36,757 nt of DNA, taken from IMG/VR virus record IMGVR_UViG_3300005567_000154, positions 1 to 36,757 of that record, one strand, 5' to 3'. Below the pieces are notes generated by a model, which saw only the letters and a program-made list of their open reading frames with translations, searched no databases and was not told the origin of the DNA. This document shows positions 33,157 through 36,757 of this stretch, one piece after another. The translations under genes were made by a program, and so were the position numbers. Within the stretch, counting starts at the first letter, position 1, and every line of letters starts with the position of its first letter. This stretch comes from a virus. Taxonomy: Duplodnaviria; Caudoviricetes.

Positions 33157-34928
33157 TCGTTAGGGAATTAGTCACAAAATTATCTTTCCGAGCTGATAAC
33201 TCAGCTGTTAAACGGTTCGATCAAAATATTGGAAGATTAAAGAATTCTCTCGGTGGTGTTACTACCAATTTAAAACAAACAGCTAATGGTATCCGTAATT
33301 TAGGGGCGGGCTTAACTGCTTTTGTAAGTTTACCTCTAGGTTTATTAGCCGGCGGAATGATTAAAGCTGCTAGTGATGCGGAAGAAACAGAGGCCAAGTT
33401 TGGAACTGTTTTTTCCAGTATACGAAGTGAAGCGGATGCCGTTGCTGATAATTTAAAAAAGAATTTTGGACTATCTTCAAATGCTTCTAAACAATTATTA
33501 AGTGATACGGGTGATCTTTTATCTGGCTTTGGGTTTGCTCAAGATGAGACTTTAAAATTCTCTAAAGATGTTAATGAATTGGCGGTTGATTTAGCTTCAT
33601 TCACTAACTTAGAGGGTGGGGCTGAACGTGCAAGCAGGTCGCTTACAAAAGCGCTTTTAGGTGAACGTGAATCTATTAAAGAACTAGGTATTGCAATTCT
33701 TGAAAAAGATGTTGTTGAACGTGTCGCATTAAACCGATCTAAAGGAATTACAAGGGCCACGATGAGGCAAGAAAAAGCCTTGGCCACTCTTCAATTAGCA
33801 CAAGAGCAAAGTAAAAATGCAATAGGTGATTTTGCCCGTACTTCAGAAGGCTTTGCAAACCAAATGAGAATCTTTAAAGCTAGGCTGAATGATTTATCTG
33901 TTGAGTTTGGTAAGATTCTTTTACCGGTTGCTTTAAAAGTTGTGAGGGCATTGGGAAAGGTTGTAGCAAAATTTAGTGGGTTAAGTAAATCAGCTAAAAC
34001 TACGATTTTAATAATCGGTGGTATTGTGGCTGCACTTGGGCCTCTTCTTTTAGTGTTTGGTGTATTAGCTAGTGCGGTTATTAGTTTAATTAGTTTGTTT
34101 TCAGTGTTTGGGGTATGGCTACTCCCTATAATTGCGGTAGTTGCTGCTATTAGTGCAGCGGTGGGCCTTTTGATTGAGGATTTTATTGTCTGGACAATGG
34201 GCGGTAAATCATTAATAGGGACTTTGATAGGTAGCTTTGAAGATTTTAAGGCGAAGGTCATGCCTGTTTTATCCCTGCTAAAAGATACCTTTGTGAATTT
34301 TTGGAAGGGTATTGTAAAAGGTGATCAGGAAGCTTTAGCTGCTTTTACTAAAAACATTGAAGAACTGGTTCCAGTATTAATAAAGGTTACTACTAAATTA
34401 TTAGGGGTGATGCTTAAAGTAGCTAAAGAACTGGGTAAACTGTTTTTTGGTATTCTTGAAAGGTTGATCTCTTCAATTGGTGGTGCCATAGCAAGGATGA
34501 TTGCTTCAGCTTTTTCTAAACTGATAAAATCCACGAATAATTTATTAGATGGGGTGGTTGATGGGTTGATTGAAAAATACCCAGTACTAGGAAAATTCTT
34601 AGTCGGTTCTGGCAAAAAAAGACCGCCAAAAGCACCGGAAACAGGGGGCAATAGTTCTGGTGGTGGATTTTTTGATAGCCTTAAAAATATAGGAAGTTCT
34701 TTTAAGGGGACGGCAAGTTCACAAAGTACAAGTGCTAATTTTGCAAGGGCTTTTAGTGTTGGTGGTAAACCTGGAATTTCCCAACAGAATCAATTCCATA
34801 CAGAATTAACTGTGCAGCTTACGCCAGGAACAACAAATGAACAGGCGGAAGAATTGTTAGGCATCATTAGGGATGAAAATGCACAAAACATTGAATCAGC
34901 AATAAACTCTTCACCGGTGACTGAATAA
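33153..34928 (+). CDS. Tape measure protein
   Basis: IVRELVTKL.F N-terminus, Ala/Gly-rich helical body, hydrophobic middle. Confidence 0.9.
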   Translation: MIVRELVTKLSFRADNSAVKRFDQNIGRLKNSLGGVTTNLKQTANGIRNLGAGLTAFVSLPLGLLAGGMIKAASDAEETEAKFGTVFSSIRSEADAVADNLKKNFGLSSNASKQLLSDTGDLLSGFGFAQDETLKFSKDVNELAVDLASFTNLEGGAERASRSLTKALLGERESIKELGIAILEKDVVERVALNRSKGITRATMRQEKALATLQLAQEQSKNAIGDFARTSEGFANQMRIFKARLNDLSVEFGKILLPVALKVVRALGKVVAKFSGLSKSAKTTILIIGGIVAALGPLLLVFGVLASAVISLISLFSVFGVWLLPIIAVVAAISAAVGLLIEDFIVWTMGGKSLIGTLIGSFEDFKAKVMPVLSLLKDTFVNFWKGIVKGDQEALAAFTKNIEELVPVLIKVTTKLLGVMLKVAKELGKLFFGILERLISSIGGAIARMIASAFSKLIKSTNNLLDGVVDGLIEKYPVLGKFLVGSGKKRPPKAPETGGNSSGGGFFDSLKNIGSSFKGTASSQSTSANFARAFSVGGKPGISQQNQFHTELTVQLTPGTTNEQAEELLGIIRDENAQNIESAINSSPVTE

Positions 34929-35623
34929 TGGCTGAATCTAAAGTTTCCTTATTGTTTGGTAGTAAAAAGGGTGCTACGATTGGTGAATTGGTATGTGATG
35001 CGACTTTAAAAGAAACGCATGATTACAAAAACGAAGTAACTCAATGGCCTATTGAAGAGGGCGCTAATATATCAGACCATATTAGGCAGGCCCCTGATGA
35101 AGTAGAAATCAATGGTTTTGTAACTAACTCGCCAGTACTCCAAGCTAATGTACAGAGGTTAGGGCAATTCGTAGGTTCACAAACTGACCCATTTATAGCC
35201 GGTGCCGTTGGGACCGCTGCAAATGTTGGTGGTTTGGTTTATAAGAACTTAAAAAGGCCCGGTTCAGTAAACCAAGTTGAACTGGCTAGGGATATTCTTT
35301 TAGATATTTCGGGGCGAACAGAAAACGGTAGTAACCACCAACCTTTAAAGGTTAAAATCGTCACTGGACTTAGATCTTATTCTGACATGGCCATGCTGTC
35401 TCTTAACATGCAGAGAGATGCTAGAACAGGTGAGGCGATGCCTTTTACTGCTAGGTTTAGGAAGATACGAACAGTTTCCACTGATACAGTTACTATTCCA
35501 AGGCCCTCGACTGATGTATCAAACACAACAGGTTCAACAGAATCAAATAAAGTAAATACAAATGAGACTACCGTACAAGAGGGTGAACTTGCTTCAGGGC
35601 TTTATAACGGTTTGGTGAAATAA
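34928..35623 (+). CDS. Baseplate / tail-tube initiator (Dit-like)
   Basis: DAT..ETH...VT.WPIEEGANISDH...P..V.ING. Confidence 0.75.
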   Translation: MAESKVSLLFGSKKGATIGELVCDATLKETHDYKNEVTQWPIEEGANISDHIRQAPDEVEINGFVTNSPVLQANVQRLGQFVGSQTDPFIAGAVGTAANVGGLVYKNLKRPGSVNQVELARDILLDISGRTENGSNHQPLKVKIVTGLRSYSDMAMLSLNMQRDARTGEAMPFTARFRKIRTVSTDTVTIPRPSTDVSNTTGSTESNKVNTNETTVQEGELASGLYNGLVK

Positions 35624-35625
35624 TA

Positions 35626-35958
35626 ATGAGTGTTGTAATACCTATAGATAATGAAATAACCTCTCAGGAGTTAGAGGTTGGTTTAGATGGTACTCCGTAT
35701 AAAATCAATTTCACATACAATGATAGGTTTGGTTTTTGGACAATGAGTTTTAAAAACTTGGAAGATGAAAGTTTAGTTTCTGGAATAAAGGTTGTTTTAT
35801 CTTACCCTCTTTTGGACCAGTTCACAGACAAGGGTTTACCCCCTGGTGAATTATTCGCAATTGATACCACCCAAAATGAAACGAGTGTAAATAGGGATAA
35901 TTTTGGAATAACTGTTAAAATGGTTTATATAACTGAGGCTGATATTGACACAATTTAA
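35626..35958 (+). CDS. Small baseplate protein
   Basis: LDG..Y...F.YN.R..FW.M..LV.GIK.V. Confidence 0.7.
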   Translation: MSVVIPIDNEITSQELEVGLDGTPYKINFTYNDRFGFWTMSFKNLEDESLVSGIKVVLSYPLLDQFTDKGLPPGELFAIDTTQNETSVNRDNFGITVKMVYITEADIDTI

Positions 35959-36757
35959 TCGGTCCACCTCTTTCAACATTGGGCCAGTAGCAGGCCAAGG
36001 CGTAAAGGTTCAGAATTTACGCATTAATTTTAATATTAAAAAAACCAATAACAAAGAACCCAATATAGGGAGTATTAAGGTTTATAATTTAAGTCAATCC
36101 ACGCGTGAACAGCTTGATAAAAATATTGAATCTGAAAACAAAAATAAGATTTATCTTAGTGCGGGGTATCTTGATTCAGAAGGGGAAAAGCTTCTATTTG
36201 TGGGTGATGTGAACAAAATCGAACACATGAAAGAAAATGCTGATGTGATTACTATGATTTCAGCCCAGGATGGGGCTAGAAATTTAAACACAGTAAAAGC
36301 TTCAGTTTCGTTTAAAAAAGATGCTTCTGCAAAAGAAATACTCGAGACTCTTTTGAAGTTATACCCCATTTCAAATGACCTTAAAAACACTGCAATCAAG
36401 GATATAAGACTTAAACAGGGCTTTTCTTTTGGTGGGTTGGCTAGTGAAGGTATTAAGAAAATAACTACTCTTTTAGGTTTGGATTTCAGTATTCAAAATG
36501 ATGAATTAAGAATCATTCCATTAGATGGAAATAACAGCACCTCAGTTGTTAGTTTAACTAGCAAGTCTGGGTTGATCAGATCCCCTACCAGAATTAATGA
36601 TGAGACAGAAAAATCATTAGGTAAATCAAAAAAGACGAACCCAGGTTGGAGGTTCATTTCTCTTTTGCAGCCTCTTATAATTCCAGGCGGAAGGGTTCAA
36701 GCTGAATCTCGGGATATACCCAAATCTGTTTTTACAGTCGTTTCTGTAGAACATAAA
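35945..36757 (+). CDS. Baseplate hub protein, 3'-truncated by the window edge (absent from the ORF track)
   Basis: GAGG with TTG 35945; LRINFNIKK...N...IKVYNLS..T, LSAGY, LFVGDV, SIQNDEL, SGLIRSP. Confidence 0.8.
   Translation, partial: MTQFNRSTSFNIGPVAGQGVKVQNLRINFNIKKTNNKEPNIGSIKVYNLSQSTREQLDKNIESENKNKIYLSAGYLDSEGEKLLFVGDVNKIEHMKENADVITMISAQDGARNLNTVKASVSFKKDASAKEILETLLKLYPISNDLKNTAIKDIRLKQGFSFGGLASEGIKKITTLLGLDFSIQNDELRIIPLDGNNSTSVVSLTSKSGLIRSPTRINDETEKSLGKSKKTNPGWRFISLLQPLIIPGGRVQAESRDIPKSVFTVVSVEHK

Overview
This window is most of a tailed dsDNA phage genome with a contractile (myovirus-type) tail, read almost entirely on the + strand. It opens in the baseplate-wedge and tail-fibre genes (1-1609). 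An accessory region follows (about 1.7-16.4 kb) with a Rad52/Sak-like annealase, NinB, NinG, a DUF1376-like replication protein, an HNH protein, four methyltransferase-fold genes, an AdoMet decarboxylase, a single-domain response regulator and many tiny ORFs. Next come TerS, TerL, an M15 peptidase, portal and gpF, an unusual fibre module inside the head cluster, and then capsid, neck, sheath, tube, chaperone, tape-measure and baseplate genes, cut off at the right edge. I found no integrase, repressor, polymerase, helicase, tRNA or CRISPR array. Best candidate for a new system: a ParB-N/amino-methyltransferase-fold gene whose SAM-binding loop has an aminopropyltransferase-like Asp (FAGDS), overlapping an AdoMet decarboxylase gene just upstream of TerS, which suggests dcSAM-dependent DNA aminopropylation. 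Also notable: a repeated GTGGTA-N18-TATAAT-N6-ATG promoter implying leaderless mRNAs, a C4/CI-like antisense RNA before the replication gene, a near-perfect parS site and repeat-bounded mini-gene cassettes. All family assignments come from motif recognition by eye; no database search was run.
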